A DNA stretch of 45,578 nucleotides, taken from Myxococcota bacterium. GTDB lineage: Bacteria; Myxococcota; XYA12-FULL-58-9; JALHOP01. Where the stretch lies: contig JBGGMJ010000124.1 in assembly GCA_041288095.1 (NCBI GenBank), positions 1 through 45,578 on the forward strand, in the 5' to 3' direction. A program made the position numbers and the translations under genes. Shown here piece after piece: positions 33,761 to 43,403 of the stretch. The stretch's first letter is position 1. Each line of letters begins with the position of its first letter. Below the pieces are notes generated by a model. It was not told the DNA's origin. It saw only the letters and a program-made list of their open reading frames with translations, and ran no database searches.

Positions 33761-34157
33761 GCGTGGCCCCTTTTGGGTTCACCGGACGTAACACTGAGCG
33801 AATAGTTGGCCGCGGCGAGCCACCACTCTCGCCGCGGCCATCGATGAACGAAGCGGCCCGGCGCGCATCCGCTTCAGCGGACAGGCGCGAGGTATAGGAG
33901 CGTTTTGCAAGCTCCACCGCAAGGTCGTTCACGAGCTTCTCGATTTGATTGGCGGCCGCCCCACCCTCGTCGAGCACGTGGAGAGCGCTGTGCAACCGCA
34001 CCAGATCGCCGAGCACCTTGTAGAACGATGGGTTCGGGAGCTGCAGCGTTTGCACGGCCGCGAAGGCGACGTCTTTGTCGGAGAAGCGCAGCGCGCGCTC
34101 GTCGAGCCCGCGAGCGAGCTCGTCGACCAACGGGTGTGCGCCTTCCAACGTTGCCAT
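33744..34157 (-). CDS. Hypothetical helical protein (about 137 aa)
   Basis: Normal amphipathic composition; follows ilvE in tandem. Confidence 0.55.
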   Translation of the reverse strand: MATLEGAHPLVDELARGLDERALRFSDKDVAFAAVQTLQLPNPSFYKVLGDLVRLHSALHVLDEGGAAANQIEKLVNDLAVELAKRSYTSRLSAEADARRAASFIDGRGESGGSPRPTIRSVLRPVNPKGATHGYRR

Positions 34158-34244
34158 CACATAGAGCTACCCGCCGCCCTCGAAAGCTGGCCAAGGCGAG
34201 GATCTGTCAGGCCGTCAGGGACCAGGCGTCGCACGGCGGCAACG

Positions 34245-35162
34245 CTAGACGCGCGTGAGCCAACCGATACGCTTCTCGTTTTGGCCCCGCACCGCTTCAG
34301 CGTACGCCTTCTGCACCAGGCGCGTGACCTCGCCCGGACTGCCGCTGGCGATGCGGCGATTATCGATCTCGCGCACCGGCGTGATCTCGGCCGCCGTGCC
34401 GGTGAGGAACACCTCGCTCGCGCAGTAGAGCTCGTCACGCGAGATGAAGCTCTCCTCGACGCTGATGCCGGTATCGCCGAGCAGCTGGATCACCGTGTCA
34501 CGCGTGATGCCGTGCAAGATGGCCGCGCCCTTCGGCGGTGTGCGCACCTTGCCTTCGACCACGAGGAAGAGATTTTCGCCCGACCCTTCGGCGACGTAGC
34601 CCTGCGGATCGAGGAGCAGCGCTTCTTGGTAGCCGGCGGCGTTGGCTTCACGGCGCGCGAGGATCGAGCTCACATAGTTGCCGGTGATCTTGCCCTTGGC
34701 GAGCATCGAGTCGACGGCGGGCCGGCGGAAGCTCGAGATCTTGCAGCGAATACCGTTCTTCACGCCCTCTTCGCCGAGGTAGGTGCCCCAGCGCCAAGCG
34801 ATGACCTCGACGTGCGTTGGGTTCTGCGCGGCGATGCCGAGCTCGCCTTCGCCCATGTAGACGATCGGACGCAGGTAGCAGCCGTCGAGCATCTGATTCT
34901 TGCGCACCAGCTCGACGCAGGCGTCGACGACCTGTGGCAGCGGCACGGTGATCTGCATGGCGGCGATGTGCGCCGAGTCGTAGAGACGCTTCAAGTGCTC
35001 TTGCAGACGGAAGATGGCGGCGCCGCCTTTGTCGGTCGCGTAACAACGGATGCCCTCGAAGGCCGCGAGCCCGTAGTGCAACGAGTGCGTCGTGACGTGC
35101 ACCCGCGCGTCATCCCAGGCAACGAACGAACCGTCTCGCCAGATCCAATCGGCCTTACGCAT
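34245..35162 (-). CDS. ilvE: Branched-chain amino acid aminotransferase
   Basis: HSLHYG..FEG, YLRP, KITGNY, EGSGENLF, LHGITR, TGTAAE. Confidence 0.96.
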   Translation of the reverse strand: MRKADWIWRDGSFVAWDDARVHVTTHSLHYGLAAFEGIRCYATDKGGAAIFRLQEHLKRLYDSAHIAAMQITVPLPQVVDACVELVRKNQMLDGCYLRPIVYMGEGELGIAAQNPTHVEVIAWRWGTYLGEEGVKNGIRCKISSFRRPAVDSMLAKGKITGNYVSSILARREANAAGYQEALLLDPQGYVAEGSGENLFLVVEGKVRTPPKGAAILHGITRDTVIQLLGDTGISVEESFISRDELYCASEVFLTGTAAEITPVREIDNRRIASGSPGEVTRLVQKAYAEAVRGQNEKRIGWLTRV

Positions 35163-35176
35163 GTGTCACCCTTACC

Positions 35177-37300
35177 TTAGCCGCGGGAGCCCAGGAAGCT
35201 CTCGCCGATGAACACCAAGCACAACGTGAGCAAGAGATACGACGCGTAGCCGCGCTGGGCGAACGGGTCATCGTACTGACCAGCGCCGATGGTCACCGAG
35301 ACTACCCGATCGCCGCTGTCACCGCCGAGCGCTTCGGCGATGCGCGATGGTTGCACCGGCTTCCAATCGGATTCGTCGAGCGTTGCATTGACGGCGACGT
35401 CGAGGCGCGGGGCAGGCTGCCAATCCTTGCCGAGCATCTGTGCGCTATAGAAGCCCGGCTCGACGAGCGGCCCCAGCTCGAGCCGGCGGCGGGTGCCATC
35501 ATCGCTGCTGCGCTCGAGGCGCGTGCCGCTAGGCGACACCAGGGCGACCGCGTCCGCTCCCGAGGGCACCGGCAGATCGACGGTCGCGCCGACACGCACC
35601 GGTGCGAGGCTCGAGGCGTCGATGGCCTTGGCGAGGTAACGCACGCAGCGCTGCACCAACGCTGGATAGGTGCTGCGCAGCGCCAGGTCGCTCATATCGA
35701 CGTCGACGCTGGTGGCGAGCAACATGACGCGGCCCTTCGAGGCATCGCGGCGCTCCATGAGCGCCGGCGCGCCGTTGTCGAAGCGGAGGATGGCGAGCGT
35801 CTTGTTGCGCGAGCCGACGTCGACGTTGAAGTAGCTGCGGGTGCGCGAGGCGCGCAGACCTTCCTGCGCCGCTTGCCCCAAGCCCGCGAGCACCGGGTGG
35901 TCCCAGTCCATGTCACCGAGGGCCAAGGGCGGCGTCCCCGCGACCTCGTCGGCGGCCTTGTGCAAGTCGCGCAGCGGGTGCGGCAGGAGCTCGCCGAACA
36001 GTGCGTTATAGCGTTCGAAGCGCACCTCGCTGCCGAGCGTGAAGAACAAGCCTCCACCGGCGCCGACGAACTTCACCAGGCGCGCGATGACGTCGGTGGG
36101 GAGCTCGGCGACATTGGCGAGCACGATGACGTCGTACCCCTCGAGCGAAAAGTCTTGGACGACCTCGTCGACCCCGACGATGCGCAGGTCGATGGGCGGG
36201 TCGCCCTTGGGCACCGCTTGCACGGCGTGCTCGAAGAAGAAGAGCTCGTCGTCATATGGCGTGGTGCGCGGGTCGCCGTCGATCGCGAGCACCCGCACGC
36301 CGGGCGCGATCTCGGCGACGAACGCCATGGTGTCGTCGCTCGCGTAGGCGCCGTCACCGACCAGCGTCACCTCGCAGCGGAACACACCGGTCCCGGCGAA
36401 TGCATAGGTCAACGTCTTCTCGGTCACCCCGTAGGCGGGGATCTCGACGAGGACGCGCTGGGTGACCTCGCCGGAGACGCGCAGCTCGAGCGGTATTTCG
36501 CGCACGCCCTCCGGTCCGTAATTGCGGACAGTGACGCGGATGCGTCGTTCCGACGCTTGATCGCCCGCGCCCTCGACGAGCACGCTCTCGATGGCGAGAT
36601 TCGGCAGCGCCGCGGGGGTCGAGCGCTCGGCGGCGTCGATGAGGCGCACCTCGGGCGCCGGCTCCATCGCGGTGGGCCGGAGGTTCGCGAAGCCGTTCTC
36701 GGCGAGGTCGCTGACGATGACCAGCGTGGCGTTGCCGCCGTCGCTGCCGAGCTGCGACAGCGCCATGTCGATGGCCGCGCCCATGTTGGCGACGCCGTCG
36801 GGAGCCGCGATCTTGTCGACCGCGTCGCGCACCGTCGTGAGCTCGAGCGTTGGCGCTTGAAACACTGGCGTCACGTCGCGGCCGGCGACCACCAGGGTCG
36901 CGGCGTCACCCGGCGCGAGGTGCGAGATCACGTCCCGTACTTGGCGCTTGGCGTTCTCGAAGAGCGAGCGTCCGCCCTTTTCGTAGCGCATAGACGCTGA
37001 CGCATCGAAGACGATGGCGACCCGTTTGCTCGCGTTGCCGGCGTCGGCGGCGCGCTTCGGCATCGGCCGCGCCACCGCGAAGACCAGAGCGAGCACCGCG
37101 AGGGTCCGCAAGACCAGGAGCAAGATCTGGCGCAGCCGCTCGCGCCGCGCCAAGCGCTTGTTCACGGCCATCAGGAAATCGAATGCCGCGAACTTCACGA
37201 CGGGCGCGCGCCGCCGCCCGATCAAATGAATGATGACCGGGAGGCTCGCGAGCGCCGCTCCGCCGAGCAGCCATGGATAAAGGAAGGTCAGCTCACCCAC
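35177..37300 (-). CDS. BatA-domain/vWA/class I GATase-like membrane protein
   Basis: PVIIHLIGRRR..LAVARP BatA N-terminus, DASASM MIDAS, C-terminal TM. Confidence 0.88.
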   Translation of the reverse strand: MGELTFLYPWLLGGAALASLPVIIHLIGRRRAPVVKFAAFDFLMAVNKRLARRERLRQILLLVLRTLAVLALVFAVARPMPKRAADAGNASKRVAIVFDASASMRYEKGGRSLFENAKRQVRDVISHLAPGDAATLVVAGRDVTPVFQAPTLELTTVRDAVDKIAAPDGVANMGAAIDMALSQLGSDGGNATLVIVSDLAENGFANLRPTAMEPAPEVRLIDAAERSTPAALPNLAIESVLVEGAGDQASERRIRVTVRNYGPEGVREIPLELRVSGEVTQRVLVEIPAYGVTEKTLTYAFAGTGVFRCEVTLVGDGAYASDDTMAFVAEIAPGVRVLAIDGDPRTTPYDDELFFFEHAVQAVPKGDPPIDLRIVGVDEVVQDFSLEGYDVIVLANVAELPTDVIARLVKFVGAGGGLFFTLGSEVRFERYNALFGELLPHPLRDLHKAADEVAGTPPLALGDMDWDHPVLAGLGQAAQEGLRASRTRSYFNVDVGSRNKTLAILRFDNGAPALMERRDASKGRVMLLATSVDVDMSDLALRSTYPALVQRCVRYLAKAIDASSLAPVRVGATVDLPVPSGADAVALVSPSGTRLERSSDDGTRRRLELGPLVEPGFYSAQMLGKDWQPAPRLDVAVNATLDESDWKPVQPSRIAEALGGDSGDRVVSVTIGAGQYDDPFAQRGYASYLLLTLCLVFIGESFLGSRG

Positions 37301-37316
37301 GCGGCGACGCTAACAC

Positions 37317-38327
37317 TCAACGCATCAGACAGAAACCACCCGAGAAGGCCGCATCGGAGCTCGCGAAGTTGAGCTGGATGCATTCGGTGCCCACCATGAG
37401 CTCATCGCAATCGTCGCGCGTCGCGCACGGCGTCGTGCACATGCCCTCGAGACACCACTCGCCAGCGCAATCGGAGTCAGTGTCGCAGTCGTCCCAAAGG
37501 TCGCCGTGGCCACTGTAGAGGCGCCCGATGCAGACACTGGTCCAGCCGCGCTGGCCGCCGTCGTCGATGAGGGGATAGAAACCGCAGGCCTCGCTCGGCC
37601 CGCAGTCGGGTGCCGCGCGGCAATGCGCAACGCATTCGCTGCCGACGCACATTCCGCTATCGCATTCACTGGGGTCGCTGCAGCTCTCGCCGGTCGAGCG
37701 ATACCGCGACAGGTCGCTCGCGATGCAGACGTGCAGGTAACCCATGTCGGCCGGGTAGGCGTAGCAAACCTCGCCGCTGCCGCAGTCACGGTCAGCCGCG
37801 CATTGCACGACGCAGGTCCCGGTCGCGGTGTCGCACACTTGGGTCTGACACTCGTTGTCGGAGTCAGTGCACGCGCCACCCGGCGGGGTCGTGAAGGGGT
37901 AACCCGCTTCACCGGCACCGAGCTGCCAGTCGGCGAGGCAGATTTGCACGCCGTCGAGCGTCGTCGACTCGTAGTTGTAACAAGCAAAGCCCGTGGGGCA
38001 GTCGTCGTTGCCGCCGCGGCCGGTGCCGATGCACGGGACGGTGCAGATGGTGCTGCCGACGGCGAGGCCGCTGCACACGAGGCCCGGCCCGCACTCCGCC
38101 GTGGTGTCGCAATCGTCACCGAAGGTCGGATCATCGACCTCGGGAGGAGGAATGATCGGATCGTCGTCGTCCTCGTCGGGCACGACGTCGACCGGATCAT
38201 CCTGGTCGGTGGTCGTGCGCGAGTCTCCACCGCTGTCGCCACCGAGTGGCGACAACGGAGTGGTCCGCGTGCTCCCGCTACAGGCGAGCACACAGCCCGA
38301 GAGCAAGAGCAACGCGGCCTTCATCAT
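37317..38327 (-). CDS. Cys-rich repeat lipoprotein
   Basis: VLAC lipobox; repeated CxxDxDC..GxxC modules; ATGA overlap with the upstream gene. Confidence 0.8.
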   Translation of the reverse strand: MMKAALLLLSGCVLACSGSTRTTPLSPLGGDSGGDSRTTTDQDDPVDVVPDEDDDDPIIPPPEVDDPTFGDDCDTTAECGPGLVCSGLAVGSTICTVPCIGTGRGGNDDCPTGFACYNYESTTLDGVQICLADWQLGAGEAGYPFTTPPGGACTDSDNECQTQVCDTATGTCVVQCAADRDCGSGEVCYAYPADMGYLHVCIASDLSRYRSTGESCSDPSECDSGMCVGSECVAHCRAAPDCGPSEACGFYPLIDDGGQRGWTSVCIGRLYSGHGDLWDDCDTDSDCAGEWCLEGMCTTPCATRDDCDELMVGTECIQLNFASSDAAFSGGFCLMR

Positions 38328-39109
38328 CGAAAGACCCGAGGGGTCATCTGCGGCATGACGCGACCGCCGGGGGTCGTCATACCTGCGCCTGGAACCATGC
38401 CGGCGCCGGGCGTCATGCCGGGCGTCATCATCGTGCCCGATCCCGGCGGGGCGCCAACGCCGCTGTAGCCGGGGATGCACGTGTCGCGCATGCCCATCAG
38501 CCGCTTCACCGCGGCGCCCACCGTCTTATCGAAGAAGCCGATGAGACCGTAGTTGTTGAACATGCCGCACTGGCCGTTCGTCGGCGTGCCGGTGCGCGCC
38601 GGATATTGACCCATACCCGGAGGAACCGTGGGCATCGGCCGACCGTTGGGCATCGTCGGCCCGCCAGGCTGCTGGCCAGGGACGAGCACCGGCGGTTGTT
38701 GCGGATTGTAGCCACCGGCTCGCGGGGGCAGCGTACCCGGCAACGTGCGACCAGGCAGGGTCACACCCGGGACCGTGCGGCCAGGCATAGTCACCCCTGG
38801 CACGGTCGGCATTGGCCGCGCGATCGGCGCGGGCCCACCCGGCACACCGGGCACGAGCACCGGCGGGCGCTGTGGGATACCACCCGCGCGACCCGGCGGC
38901 GCGATTCCAATGCCAGGCATGGTGGGGAGCGGCCGAGCCCCTCCCAAAAATCCGCCTGGGACAGGACCGGGCACGAGCACCGGCGGACGCCCGCCAAGTG
39001 GTCCTGGTGCAAGCGGCACCGGCATCGGCCGAGCCAATGCACCTGGGGGAGCTGCGCGAAAGGAGTAGTTGCCGGGCGCACTCGGTCCGACACCGAACGG
39101 TCCTGCCAT
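38324..39109 (-). CDS. Pro/Gly-rich low-complexity protein (261 aa)
   Basis: GAGGAG RBS; repeats of RPMPTVPG, PPVLVPG, TxPG, MTPG; stop coupled to the next start. Confidence 0.7.
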   Translation of the reverse strand: MAGPFGVGPSAPGNYSFRAAPPGALARPMPVPLAPGPLGGRPPVLVPGPVPGGFLGGARPLPTMPGIGIAPPGRAGGIPQRPPVLVPGVPGGPAPIARPMPTVPGVTMPGRTVPGVTLPGRTLPGTLPPRAGGYNPQQPPVLVPGQQPGGPTMPNGRPMPTVPPGMGQYPARTGTPTNGQCGMFNNYGLIGFFDKTVGAAVKRLMGMRDTCIPGYSGVGAPPGSGTMMTPGMTPGAGMVPGAGMTTPGGRVMPQMTPRVFR

Positions 39110-39190
39110 GGTGGGTCTCCTCGCGAGACCGCTTCCATGTGCTGCCCCTGTGCAGCCGCGAGGTTAGGTCCCGCTATGTACTCAGATCGA

Positions 39191-39216
39191 ATATCGGCGT
39201 TGCGCGGTAGAGTTGC
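39191..39216 (-). promoter_or_regulatory. sigma28-like promoter motif D (GCAAC-N13-GCCGATAT)
   Basis: cGCAACtctaccgcgcaacGCCGATAT upstream of the Pro/Gly-rich gene. Confidence 0.6.
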
Positions 39217-39277
39217 GCAAAATCGCCAACGACGCGTCTTGGATCGAGCGGAGCAAAGCCGCTATGGTCGCCCCGCG

Positions 39278-40093
39278 ATGCGAGAGACCGTCTATCGTTC
39301 CTACTCCTACCGCCCGCCGCAGCTCGAGCACCGCTACGGCCCGAACGTCCATCTCCTGGGCGATCCCGTGATGCTGACGCAGCTCGCGCGCCTGTCGCGG
39401 CCGGAGACGCTACAACCCGAAGTCACCTGGTTGGTCCGCGACATCTACGAGACCCTGGTGCGCATCGTCATCGCCGCGGAGTTTCCGCGCAGTCCGGCCG
39501 AGGTCCGCACCCGCATGTTCGCGGCGACGCCAAACGGCGTTTGGAGCGGTCAGATCCTCGACGCCGCCACCAAGGTCGTCACCGTCGACGTCGCGCGTGC
39601 CGGCACTCTGCCGTCGCAGATCGCCTTCGAGACTTTGGTGCGCTTGCTCAACCCGGACGCCGTGCGCCAAGACCACGTCTACATGAACCGTGTCACCAAC
39701 GATGCCGGCGCGGTGCAAGGCGTGTCGGTCTCCGGTAGCAAGATCGGCGGCGGCGTCGATCGCGCGGTCGTCTTGTTCCCCGACCCGATGGGCGCGACCG
39801 GCGGCAGCATGAGCTGGGCGATGAACATGTACAAGGACATGGAGGGCGGCACGCCGATGAAGCTCATCGCGCTGCACCTCATCGTGACGCCCGAATACTT
39901 GAAGCACATGACGACGACGCACCCCGATGCCATCGTCTACGCCGTGCGCCTCGATCGCGGCATGTCGGAGCCCGACGTGCTCAAGACCGGGCTCGGTGAG
40001 CGTTGGTCCGAGGAGCGCGGTCTCAACGAGAAGCAATACATCGTCCCGGGCGCCGGTGGCCTCGGGGAGATCTTGAACAACAGCTACGTATGA
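39278..40093 (+). CDS. upp: Uracil phosphoribosyltransferase-like protein
   Basis: VARAG, PDPMGATGGS PRPP loop, YIVPGAGGLG; TTGGAT-N18-TATGGT promoter just upstream. Confidence 0.8.
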   Translation: MRETVYRSYSYRPPQLEHRYGPNVHLLGDPVMLTQLARLSRPETLQPEVTWLVRDIYETLVRIVIAAEFPRSPAEVRTRMFAATPNGVWSGQILDAATKVVTVDVARAGTLPSQIAFETLVRLLNPDAVRQDHVYMNRVTNDAGAVQGVSVSGSKIGGGVDRAVVLFPDPMGATGGSMSWAMNMYKDMEGGTPMKLIALHLIVTPEYLKHMTTTHPDAIVYAVRLDRGMSEPDVLKTGLGERWSEERGLNEKQYIVPGAGGLGEILNNSYV

Positions 40094-40626
40094 CCACTTG
40101 GCGTGACCACATCGACGTTCTCTACGATGCCGAGACCATCAAGCGGCGTATCGCCGAGCTCGGCGCGCAGATCACCCGCGACCTCGCGGGTCGCTCGCCG
40201 ATCTTCGTGGGCATCCTCAAAGGCTCGGTGCCCTTTTTCGCGGACTTGATCCGCGCCGTCGACTTGCCGGTGCAGTGCGAGTTCATGGGCATCTCGAGCT
40301 ACGGCGACGACACCGAGTCGAGCGGTGTCGTCCAGATTACCTACGACCTCACCAAGACCATCGAAGGCAAAGACGTCGTGCTCGTCGAGGACATCGTCGA
40401 TACCGGTCTGTCGATGCAGTATCTGCTCGCGAGCATGCAAACGCGTAAGCCCGCCTCGGTGCGCGTCTGCACGCTTCTCGAGAAGCCGGACAACGCCCGC
40501 GTGAAGATCCCGCTCGACTACGTGGGCTTCCGCATCCCCAACGAATTCGTCATCGGTTACGGCCTGGACTACGCTGGCAAGTATCGCAACCTCCCGTTCA
40601 TCGGGGTGTACCGTGGTCCAACGTAG
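40090..40626 (+). CDS. hpt: Hypoxanthine phosphoribosyltransferase
   Basis: GILKGS, VEDIVDTGLS, FVIGYGLDY..YRNLPFI; ATGA overlap with upp. Confidence 0.96.
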   Translation: MTTWRDHIDVLYDAETIKRRIAELGAQITRDLAGRSPIFVGILKGSVPFFADLIRAVDLPVQCEFMGISSYGDDTESSGVVQITYDLTKTIEGKDVVLVEDIVDTGLSMQYLLASMQTRKPASVRVCTLLEKPDNARVKIPLDYVGFRIPNEFVIGYGLDYAGKYRNLPFIGVYRGPT

Positions 40627-41347
40627 CCAATACGGCGGCATTGGTCGGTTCTTCACCGGCCTCCTGGTGTTCTGCTTGGTGGTCGCATTGGGCGGCGCCG
40701 TCGCCTATCTGCTCGCCGAGCGCAATCAGCGTCACTTCCGCATGCGCAATCAGGGCGGCATCGTCTTCATCGAGCGCGGGCGCTTGCTGCCCATCGGCTA
40801 CGAGCCATTCGCGCCGGACGCGAAGGATCTGCAGTCGGCGTACGCGCCCATCAAGGTGCCCGCGGGCGAGAAGGTGGACGAGATCGAGGACTTCGAAGAC
40901 CGTGTCGAGCTCGATCGCGCGCTCTTCTCGCTGCTCGCCGGCTGGGCCCGCGCCCGCCTCCAGGCCAACGACGCCGACTCGTTCGAGATGGCGAGCGGCT
41001 ACGTCAGCCGCTGCTCACTCCTCCCCGGCCTCTCCGAGGAGCAGCGCTCCGAGCTCAAGTCGCTGCGCGCCGACCTCGCCTACCGCAACGGTAAGCGACT
41101 CGCGTACGCTATCGCGGACGACTTCGACAAGGCGGTCGCGGAGCTCAAGTTGGCGCTCGAGCTCGGTACCTCGCGGCCGAGCGACGCCGACGCGTGGGTC
41201 ACGCAGATGACCAAGTGGGCCCGTGACTATCGCGCCGCTCTCGGTGACCGCACCAAGCCCGACACCGTCCTTGGCGCGCCGCCCACGCCCAGCCCAAAGA
41301 CGAGCGAAGCCGAGCCTGTCGAGAAGCCCAAGGGCGAGGCGCTGTAA
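40613..41347 (+). CDS. Bitopic membrane protein, hypothetical
   Basis: N-terminal TM, helical body, Pro-rich tail; in operon with hpt. Confidence 0.75.
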   Translation: MVQRSQYGGIGRFFTGLLVFCLVVALGGAVAYLLAERNQRHFRMRNQGGIVFIERGRLLPIGYEPFAPDAKDLQSAYAPIKVPAGEKVDEIEDFEDRVELDRALFSLLAGWARARLQANDADSFEMASGYVSRCSLLPGLSEEQRSELKSLRADLAYRNGKRLAYAIADDFDKAVAELKLALELGTSRPSDADAWVTQMTKWARDYRAALGDRTKPDTVLGAPPTPSPKTSEAEPVEKPKGEAL

Positions 41348-41350
41348 GGC

Positions 41351-42715
41351 ATGAGCGCCACCCTCTACGGGGAGACGGAGGCGCGTTATGCCGCCCTCTC
41401 GGGCCTGGTGCACGGAGCGCGCGTCCTAGACCTCGCGATTCATGGCGACGCTCGCTGCATCGACGCCCTGGTGACCGCGGGGGCCAAGAGCATCGCGGTC
41501 TGCGCTCCCGAGCAAGTGCGCCGTGACCTCACGACCCAGAACGTCGAGCTGCAGCTCGTGCCGCCGGTGGCGCTACCCCTGCCCTTCGGGCCCAGCTCGT
41601 TCGACGTCGTCGTCTGCTTCGATCTCATCGCCCGCATCGCGCAGGACCCGGCTTGGATGAGTGGCCTGCGTGAGGTGCTGACTCCCGACGGCGCCATCGT
41701 CATCGCCACCAGCTCCGCCGATGACGCGGCACGCATCTTGGGCGCGTCGTTCGGCGTCGCGACCGTGTTCGCCCAGACGCCGCTGGTTGGTCACATGCTC
41801 TACGACGTCGGTGTCGAGGAGCTCGAGCCGGAGCTCGACCGCACCTGGGCCGACGGCGCCGATGACGAGCCGATGAGCTATGTCGTCATCTTCGCGCCCG
41901 ACACGCGCCACAACGAAAAGCTCACCATGGTGCAGATGCCGTTCACCGCGTGGGAGCGGCTCGCCGGCGCCGAGGTCGAAGCGCTCCGCCAAGAGCGCGA
42001 CCACTTGAAGCATGATCTCGCCGCGGCGAACGAGCACATCGCGCGCAGTCAGTGGCAGCTGGGCGGCGCCGTCAACGAAGCTGGCACCTCCGAAGTCGAG
42101 CTGGCGAACGCCCGCAGTGAGCTCGAGGTCGCCGTCAACGAGCTTGCGAGCTTGCGTCACGAGGCCGAGCAGCTCAACGCGGGAAACCTCACGCCCGACG
42201 AGTTGGCCGGTGAGCTGGCGCGGCACCGTAGCGACCGCGCCTCTCTCGAAGCGCAGATCGCCGACCTCCTCGAAGAGAGCGCCGCGATGAGCGCCAACGT
42301 GATGGTGTGGGAGGAGCGCATCGCGACGCTCGAAGGTGCCGTCAACCAAGCCGAAGGACGCGCCAGCGAGCTCGAGGCGGCAGCCGCGCGTGACCAGGCC
42401 GCCGTCGCCGAGCTTCAGGACACCATCGCCATCGAGCGGGGCGCGGCCACGCAGGCCAGGCAAGCCGCCGAGAGCGAACGGGATGCGCTGAAACGCCGCC
42501 TCGACGAGGTGCAGCGCGCTCTCGACATGAGCCGCCGCCGTGGCGACGACCTGGCGCGCAGTCTCGACCTCGACCGCCAGCAGCTCGCCGAGCTGAAGGA
42601 CCTCGTGGACAGCGAGCGCCAGCGCGCCAAGGCGCTGGAAAAGACGCTAAATACCAATTCCAGCAAAGAAATCGACGACCCCTCTGGCCAGAAGGCGATC
42701 GACGGCGAATCTTAG
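41351..42715 (+). CDS. Degenerate class I methyltransferase domain plus long coiled coil
   Basis: RVLDLA, LPFGPSSFDVVVCF, VLTPDG, then about 240 aa of heptad-rich acidic sequence. Confidence 0.75.
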   Translation: MSATLYGETEARYAALSGLVHGARVLDLAIHGDARCIDALVTAGAKSIAVCAPEQVRRDLTTQNVELQLVPPVALPLPFGPSSFDVVVCFDLIARIAQDPAWMSGLREVLTPDGAIVIATSSADDAARILGASFGVATVFAQTPLVGHMLYDVGVEELEPELDRTWADGADDEPMSYVVIFAPDTRHNEKLTMVQMPFTAWERLAGAEVEALRQERDHLKHDLAAANEHIARSQWQLGGAVNEAGTSEVELANARSELEVAVNELASLRHEAEQLNAGNLTPDELAGELARHRSDRASLEAQIADLLEESAAMSANVMVWEERIATLEGAVNQAEGRASELEAAAARDQAAVAELQDTIAIERGAATQARQAAESERDALKRRLDEVQRALDMSRRRGDDLARSLDLDRQQLAELKDLVDSERQRAKALEKTLNTNSSKEIDDPSGQKAIDGES

Positions 42716-42779
42716 GGTAGCGATGACCCCGGCACGTGCCGGCAGCCGGGTCGATCGTGGAAGCCACTAGGATACGACC

Positions 42780-43403
42780 GTGCGTGATCTCAACGTCGAC
42801 TGGCCAGCGCTACACAGCGCCTTCCAAATGAACATGCCCGAGGTACGGTGTTTCCTGTCCCTCGAGGATGGGCGTGTACTCAAAGTCCCGCCTGGCGACG
42901 CGCGTCTCGCTCAGGTCCGCGAGCAAACCACGCGCTACGCCCCCATCGAGGCCATCCCTTCGCGCATCCAGTACCAGTGGCTCGACGACTTCATCCGCCA
43001 GGTCGAGGAGCCGGGCGTCAAGGCGCGCATGGAAGCCGCCATCAACGGCAAGGGTGCCTTCCGTCGCTTCAAGGACATTTTGCTGACGCTGCCCGAGGAG
43101 CGTCGCCGCTGGTTCGAGTTCCGCGATGCCCGCATGCGCGAGCGCATCGTCGAATGGGTCGCGGAGGTTGGGGTGCAGGCGACCAATCTGCCACCGTGGC
43201 TGGGTGGGCCCGGCGAGTATCAGTCCGCTGAAGCGGTCAATGACATCGTCGCGCTCGAGGCCAACGAGAAGCAATACACCGAGGCGCTGCGCGACTATCT
43301 GATCGCGTGGTCCGAGGGTAAGACCGTCGACGCCTTGTCGCCGCTCTCGCTCGAGAAGCTGGCGCAGGGCATCGCGCAAAGCTTCGTCGTCAAACCGCGT
43401 TAG
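42780..43403 (+). CDS. UPF0158 family protein
   Basis: YQWLDDFI..AINGKGAFRRFKDIL...RWFEFR. Confidence 0.85.
   Translation: MRDLNVDWPALHSAFQMNMPEVRCFLSLEDGRVLKVPPGDARLAQVREQTTRYAPIEAIPSRIQYQWLDDFIRQVEEPGVKARMEAAINGKGAFRRFKDILLTLPEERRRWFEFRDARMRERIVEWVAEVGVQATNLPPWLGGPGEYQSAEAVNDIVALEANEKQYTEALRDYLIAWSEGKTVDALSPLSLEKLAQGIAQSFVVKPR

Noticed and set aside
38246..39277. 344-aa N-terminal extension of upp in the 615-aa ORF
   Set aside because: Arg-rich shadow of the Pro/Gly gene; a promoter sits directly before ATG 39278.
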